Below, one piece after another: positions 1 to 14,900 of a DNA stretch of 64,000 nt. The notes beneath the pieces are model-generated. The model saw only the letters and a program-made list of their open reading frames with translations, had not been told where the DNA came from and did no database searches. How positions within the stretch are numbered: the first letter of the stretch is position 1; each line of letters begins with the position of its first letter. The stretch is taken from positions 44,154 to 108,153 of the forward strand of contig JAUCBJ010002638.1 of NCBI GenBank assembly GCA_032718475.1, in the 5' to 3' direction. The stretch is from Nemertoderma westbladi. Its lineage: Eukaryota > Animalia > Xenacoelomorpha. The position numbers and the translations under genes are program-made.

Positions 1-309
1 GGTGCGAACGCGATATTCTCTACGTTGGACGCGGCTGTTGATTCGTTATCTCGACGTTCCTATATCGATAAATTGTTTATCATCGGCGGTGCCGATGTTT
101 ACAGAGAGGCTCTCCTCCACCCGACGTGTTTCCGGTTACATATAACCCGCGTTCTTCGCGACTACTCTTGCGATACGTTCTTCCCGCAGTTCGACACCAC
201 TTCCTACAAACTCCTCGCTCCCAACGCCGAAGGTACAGAACATATCGACAGGGAGGTCCAAGAGGAATGCGGTGTTAAGTTTTACTTCGAAGTATACGAG
301 AAAATATAA
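1..309 (+). CDS. DHFR: Dihydrofolate reductase, C-terminal part (5' end lies outside the window)
   Basis: Frame is open from base 1 (GANAIFSTLDAAV...). Contains eukaryotic DHFR motifs LFIIGGADVYREAL, LHITRV, CDTFFP and the ending KFYFEVYEK. Stop TAA at 307-309. Confidence 0.93.
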   Translation, partial: GANAIFSTLDAAVDSLSRRSYIDKLFIIGGADVYREALLHPTCFRLHITRVLRDYSCDTFFPQFDTTSYKLLAPNAEGTEHIDREVQEECGVKFYFEVYEKI

Positions 310-1892
310 AAGTTCACCCTCATTTCATGTCAATCCCTTCAAAAATAGTTAATAATGTTTTATGATTGGGATCTTTTTGCATACAATATAATCTCGAAAC
401 GGAAACACTGAATATGCTACAGCTGTTATTTGCTTCGAATTTCCTATGGTGAGGAATGAATTTTTATTGCTTCGAGAGTCCCAGTCCCCCCTATTTGGAA
501 TTTGGGGAATTTGATTGGGGGGGGGGGGGGGGGGGGGGGGGGTATAATAACACTGGTACATAAAATAACATCGGTGATGGATACAGTATACAGTACTACT
601 ACTACCGGTACTACATTGGTTTCCATTTGTTTGTTATTTTTTTCCTTTTAGACCGGACCTAGGATACATCAAAGGTTTAAGGTTTCATATCAAAAACTAT
701 GTGTCTCGGTATCACCATAAATATTTAGCATACCAAATTTAATACAAAACCACTGTATATATTTGTTTTAGCTACTGGATAGGGTAAGAAGAAATCTATT
801 GTTTGTATTTAAATCCGTAAAGTTCTGAAATTTTAACACAATTCTAGTCTGTGAATACATCTATGAACCTTTTCGTGAAGATGAACCAAAAAAAGTAAAA
901 CTGTTTCGCTCGAATAAACCCCAAAATCGGGAGAAAATAGAAGTGCTGGGGGGGGGGGGGGGGGGGGGGGTGCTGGTGCTAAGGTTTTTTACGCTGGTAT
1001 ATCACCATCACGTTCATATTATAGTACGACCATCACAATCAATGTTATTTATTCAACAGTATTTGATCATGGTTTAAAGTGACAGTGAGATAAGTTAAAT
1101 TAATAAAATATGATATGAAACCTAACATATACAATATGATTTATTAATAATCATACTAACAGAATAACAAGTAGCACTATCAAATTGCATATCAAATGAT
1201 CACTGAGTAGGTTTAATAACGCTAACGGTTGGTGTTATAAGTATGAAATATAAGGGGAAGGTTTAAAAATGTCACAACTTTTCTACTGAAAGGGAACAAT
1301 CTTGGAATTTTCACAGAAATTCATTTAACATTGTATATTTAAAAAAAATTTAACTTTTTAAGGAACGTTATAGAATAAAAAATATGTTCTAGAATATTGT
1401 TTAAAAATCGGAACAACAACTAGCTAGTTTTGAAAATTATTTTTATTCCCAAATTGTAACATTACTCAACGCCGTTAGTATTAACAGCGAGTTGTTATTT
1501 AGCAATTTACAACTTTAGAGGACATTACCGCATTGTATTGGCCTGTACATTTAGTATTGTATTAGGTGTTATCCGTTAAGTAATGTCCCCTTAGTGGACA
1601 TTATTAACGCCGTCATTGGTTACCACGTAAACAATAGTTGGTATTTATTATTAATTGCCTGACAGCCAGATAAGCCTACTGCATTACCTACCGGTAGCTA
1701 TTAATAACCAGTAGCTATAAACTATTACCATGGCTCCAAACGCCACCATAAATATAAGCTAACTTATTTATAAAATATTTTATGTCAGTTTTACGTTTAT
1801 TTATACAGCAACTAATATCATTTGTGCAGTTTCTATCACTTATAATGTTATGTAGGCTTTTCGTAATGTTAAAATTTTGGAATAAAACTACA

Positions 1893-2015
1893 TACATACT
1901 TGTTGCAAAGTACTTTACAGTGTTCTGATCCTCGTGGCTTTATTTTCTCTCACTCGCTAACGTTCGTTCGTGTAACAAAGCCACTGTAAAGTACTACTTT
2001 ACACACAAGTATGTA
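1893..2015. repeat. Imperfect inverted repeat (hairpin), possibly the remnant of a small non-autonomous element
   Basis: Left arm tacatacttgt...aaagtactttacagtg pairs with right arm cactgtaaagta...acaagtatgta. Confidence 0.55.
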
Positions 2016-2415
2016 AATAGTTATTACAATTTTTGAAAAAAGTTATAGAATGATATTTATTTATAACATTGTGTGAAAATTAGCACTTTCTGCGTTGTGA
2101 CCCTGAGAGTATTCATGTCCCGGACGAGCGCAGCGAGGGATGTTTACATAAATAGACAGGGTTCTTAATAGCTGAATAGTGCCTGTTTCAAACAATGATG
2201 GAAGTAGCGCGTCCGAATTGTCCAGACATATTAAGAAGAACAAAGAAGGACAGAGTTGTAACAGACATTATTGAATAATTGATATTGCACTTATATTAAG
2301 TAATTACAAAATGATTGGCAAATATCAGTAATAAATACAGAGTCAGTAAACACTGTTCTAATTATAATTAACCTAATTAATATAGAGAGTAACTGACCAC
2401 GACTGGCTATAACAA

Positions 2416-3044
2416 TTACCAGGACGGAAGACCGAAACGAGCGATTACTTTGTCCTGTGCCGATATATCTTTCTGGGCCTTCATTCTCATATAGAATATG
2501 GGGCAGTCGTTGTTGGTGCATATGACTTCCTCGTGCAGACTTCCCTGGCAACGCTGACACTGGGTCCACAGACGGTTGTACTTCTCCTCCAGCCCCTGCA
2601 GACTAGAGACTTCCTTCTGGTAGACTTCACCCACCTTCGGCATACAGTAGTCACAGACCGCGGTGTCGCTATCCATTGCCGATCGGCAACTTATACAAGA
2701 AGACTTCTTCTGAACGAACCCGGACAGACCCCCGACCTTAGAGGAGACGGACACCCTGGTCAGGGTGTGGTCTCCTTTCAGAAGAACCGATTCGGCTTTA
2801 GTGTCACCTAGAATAGGTTCGAATATCCGTAACATCGGTTTACTCAGCTGGTTGTCAAGGTAGTATTTGGTATCTATGGAGAGGTTGTTTTCTAGAACGT
2901 ACATAGGATCTTCAGCCTTCTCGTAGGCGGCGGCGCCTTTGGTAGAGGCGACGATGACGTAGGGAATGCGGTCGCCTAGACTAGGGGCCGAACCTGGGTC
3001 CCTTTGTTTCATCCTATTGGCTAACTCAACGTGGGCTTGTTTAC
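2416..3044 (-). CDS. POLD1: DNA polymerase delta catalytic subunit, exon 4 (C-terminus with CysA/CysB)
   Basis: Acceptor AG at 3045-3046; the phase-1 join gives ...[25 protein letters not shown]. Motifs GDRIPYV, KAEDP, CISC..CDYC and [14 protein letters not shown]. Stop at 2416-2418. Confidence 0.97.
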
Positions 3045-3571
3045 CTAATTATTATAAGGGGAGCATTAATAACTAATTTGTCTTGTCGTATTATGTATTA
3101 TCATATCGTGGCCATAAGATCAGAACAGAGGAATGGGAAGATACGATGAACAATTGTAAAATAGGGCTTAGCTAGTGGCTATCAGTAAATAATTTTGAAA
3201 GAAAAAACTGTTTTTTAGTTATTTTTCATAAAGGAAGATTAACATTAATCTCCTGTGTCTGTTGTTTTAACTTAATCACAGGGTTATTTATCACAGATGT
3301 AGAACAACCCACACAATTTCAATGACTCGGGTTTGTGTGTGGTGGTGTGGTTTGTTTTACCTCTGATATTTTACATCTTTAATGTTGTTTTGGTTCTACT
3401 ATATAGCAATATCTTTTAAATGGATCAATATAACAAATTATAATAAAGCGTAATGCCATCTTGCGTCATTTTAGTGAAGAAATAATTTAGATAATAAAGT
3501 TTGTAAATAAATATTTCAGGCTGCTGGTTATTCGTAAGTGTCTGAAACTTTTATCAATCCTACTGAATTAC

Positions 3572-4865
3572 CTGCGTATTCCTCGGATGTTTTAGTCAAC
3601 TCTTTGCTGATAACCAGTTGGGAGATATCGATTCTGTTACACAGCAGGTCCGAGATGGTCTGTTTAGCAAACTCCACGGCCCCCGAGGGGTCGCGTTCTA
3701 TTAGCAACTTCCGGAGACACACATTGAGCATGTTGGCGACGAAGGGGCAGTTGTCCCGTCTGACAGTCTCCAAACCCTTGCAGTCCATCTTATCGTGGGT
3801 TTCCGCTCTCGTGTAAAACAGACCCGCGTATCGCTTCTTGTTGATAAGGAGATACGGGAAGTAACATTTCTCGAACTCTAACTTTATCGGGGGCGGGAAG
3901 TCACTGGTTATGTACTCGGCGGCCTGTTTCCCCAACTTCATGGACTCCGCCACGGTGTCGCATCCGAAACGCACCATAACGGAGTCGGTGTCGCCGTAGA
4001 TGACCTTGGCGTCGGCGTCGTAGCCGTTGGCCACGTTGAATCGATCCTCGACCAGCTGTTTCGAGCGCTCGATCATAGAGCGACCGAACGCAGTCACGCT
4101 CTGCGAGATCTCGAGACACGGCAGCTTCCCGACCTGAGCGCCGGTGAACCCGTACACTGAGTTCGCACTCACTTTCAGGGCCAACTGCCGACCATCGAGA
4201 ACTTTCCTTTTGAACTCGTCCGTTTCTGACTTCAATTCGGCTTTCGCTTTCTTCCGAGCGGAAAGTAAACTTTCTAGAATATCCGGGAGTAAACCTCGTC
4301 GCAGATTCTTCTTAACAAAATAATTACCCGAGGGAGTTTTAATATAATCTTCAGGGTCTAAAGATTTCAAAGCCGTTGGTTTGAGTAGCGAAGTGTAGCA
4401 AAGGTTATGAGCCATCATGATAGAAGGGTAAAGGGAGGAGAAATCAAGAGTTGCTATGGGGACATCGTAATAGCCTCTACAGGGTTCAATGACCGTGGCC
4501 CCTGTGTATTCCTCCCCAGACTCGCCTCTGTAGGTGGGTAACACAAGGTCCTGTTGTTTAGCCTGTCTGAGGAGTTGAGAAACCACCTTTATCTGTTGGC
4601 CCCGAGTTAGGAGGTAGTTTAAAGGGACTCCCGTCACTCTGGCCATCTCCATGTAGTTAATGAGAGACATAAGTTTGTCTAGTAGACGCAGCGGGAGGTA
4701 GGCGTCCTTCATGCAGTAGACGGCTATGCGTCTCCGCGTCTGCGCGTTGCCCCTGTGTAGGTCTGTTATTATGGAGTGGTGGACCGCCTCTTTCTGCTCC
4801 TGTAGGAAGTGGAAACTGACGGCGTTGAGCGTGTAGGAACGCAGTTTGTAATCCCGTTGGATTAC
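3572..4865 (-). CDS. POLD1: DNA polymerase delta catalytic subunit, exon 3 (ExoIII and polymerase motifs A/B/C)
   Basis: Acceptor cacAG at 4866-4867 gives [17 protein letters not shown]. Motifs [33 protein letters not shown]. Donor GTAATT at 3571. Confidence 0.97.
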
Positions 4866-5243
4866 CTGTGGGAGGAATAAGGAAAGATAAAATCATATAA
4901 TAAATATTTTGCGTATGAAAGTTTTATTTTATTCTTGTTACCCATTATTCAATTGTTTCTAGCCCAAAGTTGGCTTTCATGCAAATGCAACAGCCAAGAT
5001 AGAGGACTGTTTGGGTTTCAGTTGTCTCTATTGATATTTTGAAGTATATAATTTGATAGGACAATATGATAATGCTCTCCATGGCAAAAAATATCAACTG
5101 ACTGACCCTATTGGGGCTCGAACCCGGTACCTAGGTTTCAAACTTCCGGTATTATTATTACAGTATAGGCATATACTTAATTCACCGTCACTCACCCCAC
5201 AACAATTCACTTAATATTGATAGTTTTAATTTATTTAACCAAC

Positions 5244-5897
5244 CTGAAGTAAATCGAACTGAATTCTCCCATCTATAGCGACCACACGATTCTCCCGTCT
5301 GCCGAGCTGTTTGCTATTGAACGTGGCGTCCTTTACGACACAACGCACACCCAACACCCGGCCCAGAAGTAAGGGGAAACGGTTGACCTTGAGGTGCTCC
5401 GCTCGGTTTACTAAATACGGGAGATCGAAGTTCTGGCAGTTGTACCCGGTGATAATGTCGGGGTCCGACTGTTTAACGAACTCCGCCCAACGCAACAGCA
5501 ACTCCTCCTCCGTATCCAAGGAAACTACTTGAGATCCAACGATCGGCGCGCAGGAGTTGAGAGTCATTACGTTACGAACGAACGGATGAGGGTCTCCTTG
5601 TCGGATCAGCATGTTAGCGATCTGGATCACTGGATCTTTGTCCGGCGTTGGGAAGACCCCTTTCCGGGTCGTGCATTCTATATCGAAGCTGAGGATACGG
5701 AGGGGAGCCACAGACAGCCAATCGCCTTCCGGTTTGTGGCTGACCAATCGGTCCCATGCAACGTCAATCTCCCATTGGCTGGTCGTAAGTCGCGCCTCAG
5801 CACGTCTCGGCTGCCATTGGCCCGGGGGTAACTCGATCCAGTTACACCCGTAGACACCAGCATCCACCATAAAACGAATCTCAAAGTTAATGTCAGC
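5244..5897 (-). CDS. POLD1: DNA polymerase delta catalytic subunit, exon 2 (ExoI/ExoII)
   Basis: Acceptor ttttTAG at 5898-5899 gives ADINFEIRFMVD. Motifs SFDIEC and GYNCQNFDLPYL. Ends FDLLQ with donor GTTGGT at 5243. 654 bp, phase 0/0. Confidence 0.96.
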
Positions 5898-5911
5898 CTA
5901 AAAATAAATTA

Positions 5912-8900
5912 AAAGTTATTGTTCTACTTATATTCGAATTAAGTTATTGTTCTACTAATATTTGAGTTAAAGTTATTGTTCTACTAATATTAGAGTTAAG
6001 TTATTTTTTCTACTAGTATTTGAGTTAAGTTATTGTTCTACTAATATTAGAGTTAAGTTATTGTTCTACTAATATTAGAGTTAAGTTATTTTTTCTACTA
6101 GTATTTGAGTTAAGTTATTGTTCTACTAATATTAGAGTTAAGTTATTGTTCTACTAATATTAGAGTTAAGTTATTTTTTCTACTTGTATTTGAGTTAAGT
6201 TATTGTTCTACTGGTATTTGAGTTAAAGTTATTGTTGTGCTGATATTTGAGTTCTGTTATTGTTCTACTAATATTAGAGTTAAGTTATTGTTCTACTAAT
6301 ATTAGAGTTAAGTTATTGTTCTACTAATATTAGAGTTAAGTTATTTTTTCTACTTGTATTTGAGTTAAGTTATTGTTCTACTGGTATTTGAGTTAAAGTT
6401 ATTGTTGTGCTGATATTTGAGTTCTGTTATTGTTCTACTAATATTAGAAGTTATTTTTTCTACTAGTATTTGAGTTAAGTTATTGTTCTACTAATATTAG
6501 AGTTAAGTTATTGTTCTACTAATATTAGAGTTAAGTTATTTTTTCTACTAGTATTTAAGTTAAGTTATTGTTCTACTAATATTAGAGTTAAGTTATTGTT
6601 CTACTAATATTAGAGTTAAGTTATTTTTTCTACTTGTATTTGAGTTAAGTTATTGTTCTACTGGTATTTGAGTTAAAGTTATTGTTGTGCTGATATTTGA
6701 GTTCTGTTATTGTTCTACTAATATTAGAGTTAAGTTATTGTTCTACTAATATTAGAGTTAAGTTATTGTTCTACTAATATTAGAGTTAAGTTATTTTTTC
6801 TACTTGTATTTGAGTTAAGTTATTGTTCTACTGGTATTTGAGTTAAAGTTATTGTTGTGCTGATATTTGAGTTCTGTTATTGTTCTACTAATATTAGAAG
6901 TTATTTTTTCTACTAGTATTTGAGTTAAGTTATTGTTCTACTAATATTAGAGTTAAGTTATTGTTCTACTAATATTAGAGTTAAGTTATTTTTTCTACTA
7001 GTATTTGAGTTAAGTTATTGTTCTACTAATATTAGAGTTAAGTTATTGTTCTACTAATATTAGAGTTAAGTTATTTTTTCTACTTGTATTTGAGTTAAGT
7101 TATTGTTCTACTGGTATTTGAGTTAAAGTTATTGTTGTGCTGATATTTGAGTTCTGTTATTGTTCTACTAATATTAGAGTTAAGTTATTGTTCTGCTGAT
7201 ATTTGAGTTAAGTTATTGTTCTACTAGTGTTTGAGTTAAGTTATTTTTTCTACTAGTATTTGAGTTAAGTTATTGTTCTACTAATATTAGAGTTAAGTTA
7301 TTTTTTCTACTAGTATTTGAGTTAAGTTATTGTTCTACTAATATTAGAGTTAAGTTATTGTTCTACTAATATTAGAGTTAAGTTATTTTTTCTACTAGTA
7401 TTTGAGTTAAGTTATTGTTCTACTAATATTAGAGTTAAGTTATTGTTCTACTAATATTAGAGTTAAGTTATTTTTTCTACTTGTATTTGAGTTAAGTTAT
7501 TGTTCTACTGGTATTTGAGTTAAAGTTATTGTTGTGCTGATATTTGAGTTCTGTTATTGTTCTACTAATATTAGAGTTAAGTTATTGTTCTACTAATATT
7601 AGAGTTAAGTTATTGTTCTACTAATATTAGAGTTAAGTTATTTTTTCTACTTGTATTTGAGTTAAGTTATTGTTCTACTGGTATTTGAGTTAAAGTTATT
7701 GTTGTGCTGATATTTGAGTTCTGTTATTGTTCTACTAATATTAGAAGTTATTTTTTCTACTAGTATTTGAGTTAAGTTATTGTTCTACTAATATTAGAGT
7801 TAAGTTATTGTTCTACTAATATTAGAGTTAAGTTATTTTTTCTACTAGTATTTGAGTTAAGTTATTGTTCTACTAATATTAGAGTTAAGTTATTGTTCTA
7901 CTAATATTAGAGTTAAGTTATTTTTTCTACTTGTATTTGAGTTAAGTTATTGTTCTACTGGTATTTGAGTTAAAGTTATTGTTGTGCTGATATTTGAGTT
8001 CTGTTATTGTTCTACTAATATTAGAGTTAAGTTATTGTTCTACTAATATTAGAGTTAAGTTATTTTTTCTACTAGTATTTGAGTTAAGTTATTGTTCTAC
8101 TAATATTAGAGTTAAGTTATTGTTCTACTAATATTAGAGTTAAGTTATTTTTTCTACTTGTATTTGAGTTAAGTTATTGTTCTACTAATATTAGAGTTAA
8201 GTTATTTTTTCTACTAGTATTTGAGTTAAGTTATTGTTCTACTAATATTAGAGTTAAGTTATTGTTCTACTAATATTAGAGTTAAGTTATTGTTCTACTA
8301 ATATTAGAGTTAAGTTATTTTTTCTACTAGTATTTGAGTTAAGTTATTGTTCTACTAATATTAGAGTTAAGTTATTGTTCTACTAATATTAGAGTTAAGT
8401 TATTTTTTCTACTTGTATTTGAGTTAAGTTATTGTTCTACTGGTATTTGAGTTAAAGTTATTGTTGTGCTGATATTTGAGTTCTGTTATTGTTCTACTAA
8501 TATTAGAGTTAAGTTATTGTTCTACTAATATTAGAGTTAAGTTATTGTTCTACTAATATTAGAGTTAAGTTATTTTTTCTACTTGTATTTGAGTTAAGTT
8601 ATTGTTCTACTGGTATTTGAGTTAAAGTTATTGTTGTGCTGATATTTGAGTTCTGTTATTGTTCTACTAATATTAGAAGTTATTTTTTCTACTAGTATTT
8701 GAGTTAAGTTATTGTTCTACTAATATTAGAGTTAAGTTATTGTTCTACTAATATTAGAGTTAAGTTATTTTTTCTACTAGTATTTGAGTTAAGTTATTGT
8801 TCTACTAATATTAGAGTTAAGTTATTGTTCTACTAATATTAGAGTTAAGTTATTTTTTCTACTTGTATTTGAGTTAAGTTATTGTTCTACTGGTATTTGA

Positions 8901-11900
8901 GTTAAAGTTATTGTTGTGCTGATATTTGAGTTCTGTTATTGTTCTACTAATATTAGAGTTAAGTTATTGTTCTACTAATATTAGAGTTAAGTTATTGTTC
9001 TACTAATATTAGAGTTAAGTTATTTTTTCTACTTGTATTTGAGTTAAGTTATTGTTCTACTGGTATTTGAGTTAAAGTTATTGTTGTGCTGATATTTGAG
9101 TTCTGTTATTGTTCTACTAATATTAGAAGTTATTTTTTCTACTAGTATTTGAGTTAAGTTATTGTTCTACTAATATTAGAGTTAAGTTATTGTTCTACTA
9201 ATATTAGAGTTAAGTTATTTTTTCTACTAGTATTTGAGTTAAGTTATTGTTCTACTAATATTAGAGTTAAGTTATTGTTCTACTAATATTAGAGTTAAGT
9301 TATTTTTTCTACTTGTATTTGAGTTAAGTTATTGTTCTACTGGTATTTGAGTTAAAGTTATTGTTGTGCTGATATTTGAGTTCTGTTATTGTTCTACTAA
9401 TATTAGAGTTAAGTTATTGTTCTGCTGATATTTGAGTTAAGTTATTGTTCTACTAGTGTTTGAGTTAAGTTATTTTTTCTACTAGTATTTGAGTTAAGTT
9501 ATTGTTCTACTAATATTAGAGTTAAGTTATTTTTTCTACTAGTATTTGAGTTAAGTTATTGTTCTACTAATATTAGAGTTAAGTTATTGTTCTACTAATA
9601 TTAGAGTTAAGTTATTTTTTCTACTAGTATTTGAGTTAAGTTATTGTTCTACTAATATTAGAGTTAAGTTATTGTTCTACTAATATTAGAGTTAAGTTAT
9701 TTTTTCTACTTGTATTTGAGTTAAGTTATTGTTCTACTGGTATTTGAGTTAAAGTTATTGTTGTGCTGATATTTGAGTTCTGTTATTGTTCTACTAATAT
9801 TAGAGTTAAGTTATTGTTCTACTAATATTAGAGTTAAGTTATTGTTCTACTAATATTAGAGTTAAGTTATTTTTTCTACTTGTATTTGAGTTAAGTTATT
9901 GTTCTACTGGTATTTGAGTTAAAGTTATTGTTGTGCTGATATTTGAGTTCTGTTATTGTTCTACTAATATTAGAAGTTATTTTTTCTACTAGTATTTGAG
10001 TTAAGTTATTGTTCTACTAATATTAGAGTTAAGTTATTGTTCTACTAATATTAGAGTTAAGTTATTTTTTCTACTAGTATTTGAGTTAAGTTATTGTTCT
10101 ACTAATATTAGAGTTAAGTTATTGTTCTACTAATATTAGAGTTAAGTTATTTTTTCTACTTGTATTTGAGTTAAGTTATTGTTCTACTGGTATTTGAGTT
10201 AAAGTTATTGTTGTGCTGATATTTGAGTTCTGTTATTGTTCTACTAATATTAGAGTTAAGTTATTGTTCTACTAATATTAGAGTTAAGTTATTTTTTCTA
10301 CTAGTATTTGAGTTAAGTTATTGTTCTACTAATATTAGAGTTAAGTTATTGTTCTACTAATATTAGAGTTAAGTTATTTTTTCTACTTGTATTTGAGTTA
10401 AGTTATTGTTCTACTAATATTAGAGTTAAGTTATTTTTTCTACTAGTATTTGAGTTAAGTTATTGTTCTACTAATATTAGAGTTAAGTTATTGTTCTACT
10501 AATATTAGAGTTAAGTTATTTTTTCTACTTGTATTTGAGTTAAGTTATTGTTCTACTGGTATTTGAGTTAAAGTTATTGTTGTGCTGATATTTGAGTTCT
10601 GTTATTGTTCTACTAATATTAGAGTTAAGTTATTGTTCTACTAATATTAGAGTTAAGTTATTGTTCTACTAATATTAGAGTTAAGTTATTTTTTCTACTT
10701 GTATTTGAGTTAAGTTATTGTTCTACTGGTATTTGAGTTAAAGTTATTGTTGTGCTGATATTTGAGTTCTGTTATTGTTCTACTAATATTAGAAGTTATT
10801 TTTTCTACTAGTATTTGAGTTAAGTTATTGTTCTACTAATATTAGAGTTAAGTTATTGTTCTACTAATATTAGAGTTAAGTTATTTTTTCTACTAGTATT
10901 TGAGTTAAGTTATTGTTCTACTAATATTAGAGTTAAGTTATTGTTCTACTAATATTAGAGTTAAGTTATTTTTTCTACTTGTATTTGAGTTAAGTTATTG
11001 TTCTACTGGTATTTGAGTTAAAGTTATTGTTGTGCTGATATTTGAGTTCTGTTATTGTTCTACTAATATTAGAGTTAAGTTATTGTTCTACTAATATTAG
11101 AGTTAAGTTATTTTTTCTACTAGTATTTGAGTTAAGTTATTGTTCTACTAATATTAGAGTTAAGTTATTGTTCTACTAATATTAGAGTTAAGTTATTTTT
11201 TCTACTTGTATTTGAGTTAAGTTATTGTTCTACTAATATTAGAGTTAAGTTATTGTTCTACTAATATTAGAGTTAAGTTATTGTTCTACTAATATTAGAG
11301 TTAAGTTATTGTTCTACTAATATTAGAGTTAAGTTATTTTTTCTACTAGTATTTGAGTTAAGTTATTGTTCTACTAGTGTTTGAGTTAAGTTATTGTTCT
11401 ACTAATATTAGAGTTAAGTTATTGTTCTACTAGTGTTTGATTTAAGTTATTGTTGTGCTGATATTTGAGTTCTGTTATTGTTCTACTAATATTAGAGTTA
11501 AGTTATTGGTCTACTAATATTAGAGTTAAGTTATTTTTTCTACTAGTATTTGAGTTAAGTTATTGGTCTACTAATATTAGAGTTAAGTTATTTTTTCTAC
11601 TAGTATTTGAGTTAAGTTATTGTTCTACTAATATTAGAGTTAAGTTATTGTTCTACTAATATTAGAGTTAAGTTATTTTTTCTACTTGTATTTGAGTTAA
11701 GTTATTGTTCTACTGGTATTTGAGTTAAAGTTATTGTTGTGCTGATATTTGAGTTCTGTTATTGTTCTACTAATATTAGAGTTAAGTTATTGTTCTGCTG
11801 ATATTTGAGTTAAGTTATTGTTCTACTAGTGTTTGAGTTAAGTTATTTTTTCTACTAGTATTTGAGTTAAGTTATTGCTCTACTAATATTAGAGTTAAGT

Positions 11901-14900
11901 TATTGTTCTACTAATATTAGAGTTAAGTTATTTTTTCTACTAGTATTTGAGTTAAGTTATTGTTCTACTAGTGTTTGAGTTAAGTTATTGTTCTACTAGT
12001 GTTTGATTTAAGTTATTGTTGTGCTGATATTTGAGTTCTGTTATTGTTCTACTAATATTAGAGTTAAGTTATTGGTCTACTAATATTAGAGTTAAGTTAT
12101 TGTTCTACTGGTATTTGAGTTAAGTTATTGTTCTACTAATATTAGAGTTAAGTTATTGTTCTACTAATATTAGAGTTAAGTTATTTATTCTACTTGTATT
12201 TGAGTTAAGTTATTGTTCTACTGGTATTTGAGTTAAAGTTATTGTTGTGCTGATATTTGAGTTCTGTTATTGTTCTACTAATATTAGAGTTAAGTTATTG
12301 TTCTACTAATATTAGAGTTAAGTTATTTTTTCTACTAGTATTTGAGTTAAGTTATTGTTCTACTAGTGTTTGAGTTAAGTTATTGTTCTACTAGTGTTTG
12401 ATTTAAGTTATTGTTGTGCTGATATTTGAGTTCTGTTATTGTTCTACTAATATTAGAGTTAAGTTATTGGTCTACTAATATTAGAGTTAAGTTATTGTTC
12501 TACTGGTATTTGAGTTAAGTTGTTTTTCTACTTGTATTTGAGTTAAGTTATTGCTCTACTAGTGTTTGAGTTAAGTTATTGTTCTACTGGTATTTGAGTT
12601 AAAGTTATTGTTGTGCTGATATTTGAGTTCTGTTATTGTTCTACTAATATTAGAGTTAAGTTATTGGTCTACTAATATTAGAGTTAAGTTATTGTTCTAC
12701 TGGTATTTGAGTTAAGTTGTTTTTCTACTTGTATTTGAGTTAAGTTATTGTTCTACTAATATTAGAGTTAAGTTATTGTTCTACTAATATTAGAGTTAAG
12801 TTATTGTTCTACTAATATTAGAGTTAAGTTATTTTTTCTACTAGTATTTGAGTTAAGTTATTGTTCTACTAGTGTTTGAGTTAAGTTATTGTTCTACTAG
12901 TGTTTGATTTAAGTTATTGTTGTGCTGATATTTGAGTTCTGTTATTGTTCTACTAATATTAGAGTTAAGTTATTGGTCTACTAATATTAGAGTTAAGTTA
13001 TTTTTTCTACTAGTATTTGAGTTAAGTTATTGTTCTACTAATATTAGAGTTAAGTTATTGTTCTACTAATATTAGAGTTAAGTTATTGTTCTACTAATAT
13101 TAGAGTTAAGTTATTTTTTCTACTAGTATTTGAGTTAAGTTATTGTTCTACTAGTGTTTGAGTTAAGTTATTGTTCTACTAGTGTTTGATTTAAGTTATT
13201 GTTGTGCTGATATTTGAGTTCTGTTATTGTTCTACTAATATTAGAGTTAAGTTATTGGTCTACTAATATTAGAGTTAAGTTATTTTTTCTACTAGTATTT
13301 GAGTTAAGTTATTGGTCTACTAATATTAGAGTTAAGTTATTTTTTCTACTAGTATTTGAGTTAAGTTATTGTTCTACTAATATTAGAGTTAAGTTATTGT
13401 TCTACTAATATTAGAGTTAAGTTATTTTTTCTACTTGTATTTGAGTTAAGTTATTGTTCTACTGGTATTTGAGTTAAAGTTATTGTTGTGCTGATATTTG
13501 AGTTCTGTTATTGTTCTACTAATATTAGAGTTAAGTTATTGTTCTGCTGATATTTGAGTTAAGTTATTGTTCTACTAGTGTTTGAGTTAAGTTATTTTTT
13601 CTACTAGTATTTGAGTTAAGTTATTGCTCTACTAATATTAGAGTTAAGTTATTGTTCTACTAATATTAGAGTTAAGTTATTTTTTCTACTAGTATTTGAG
13701 TTAAGTTATTGTTCTACTAATATTAGAGTTAAGTTATTGTTCTACTAATATTAGAGTTAAGTTATTTTTTCTACTTGTATTTGAGTTAAGTTATTGTTCT
13801 ACTGGTATTTGAGTTAAAGTTATTGTTGTGCTGATATTTGAGTTCTGTTATTGTTCTACTAATGAGTTAAGTTATTTTTTCTACTAGTATTTGAGTTAAG
13901 TTATTGTTCTACTGGTATTTGAGTTAAAGTTATTGTTCTACTAATATTAGAGTTAAGTTATTTTTTCTACTAGTATTTGAGTTAAGTTATTGTTCTACTA
14001 ATATTAGAGTTAAGTTATTGTTCTACTAATATTAGAGTTAAGTTATTTTTTCTACTTGTATTTGAGTTAAGTTATTGTTCTACTGGTATTTGAGTTAAAG
14101 TTATTGTTGTGCTGATATTTGAGTTCTGTTATTGTTCTACTAATATTAGAGTTAAGTTATTTTTTCTACTAGTATTTGAGTTAAGTTATTTTTCTACTAG
14201 TATTTGAGTTAAAGTTATTGTTGTGCTGATATTTGAGTTCTGTTATTGTTCTACTAATATTAGAGTTAAGTTATTGGTCTACTAATATTAGAGTTAAGTT
14301 ATTGTTCTACTGGTATTTGAGTTAAGTTGTTTTTCTACTTGTATTTGAGTTAAGTTATTGTTCTACTAATATTAGAGTTAAGTTATTGTTCTACTAATAT
14401 TAGAGTTAAGTTATTGTTCTACTAATATTAGAGTTAAGTTATTTTTTCTACTAGTATTTGAGTTAAGTTATTGTTCTGCTAGTGTTTGAGTTAAGTTATT
14501 GTTCTACTAGTGTTTGATTTAAGTTATTGTTGTGCTGATATTTGAGTTCTGTTATTGTTCTACTAATATTAGAGTTAAGTTATTGGTCTACTAATATTAG
14601 AGTTAAGTTATTGTTCTACTGGTATTTGAGTTAAGTTGTTTTTATACTTGTATTTGAGTTAAGTTATTGCTCTACTAGTGTTTGAGTTAAGTTATTGTTC
14701 TACTGGTATTTGAGTTAAAGTTATTGTTGTGCTGATATTTGAGTTCTGTTATTGTTCTACTAATATTAGAGTTAAGTTATTGTTCTACTAGTGTTTGAGT
14801 TAAGTTATTGTTCTACTGGTATTTGAGTTAAGTTGTTTTTCTACTTGTATTTGAGTTAAGTTATTGCTCTACTAGTGTTTGAGTTAAGTTATTGTTCTAC

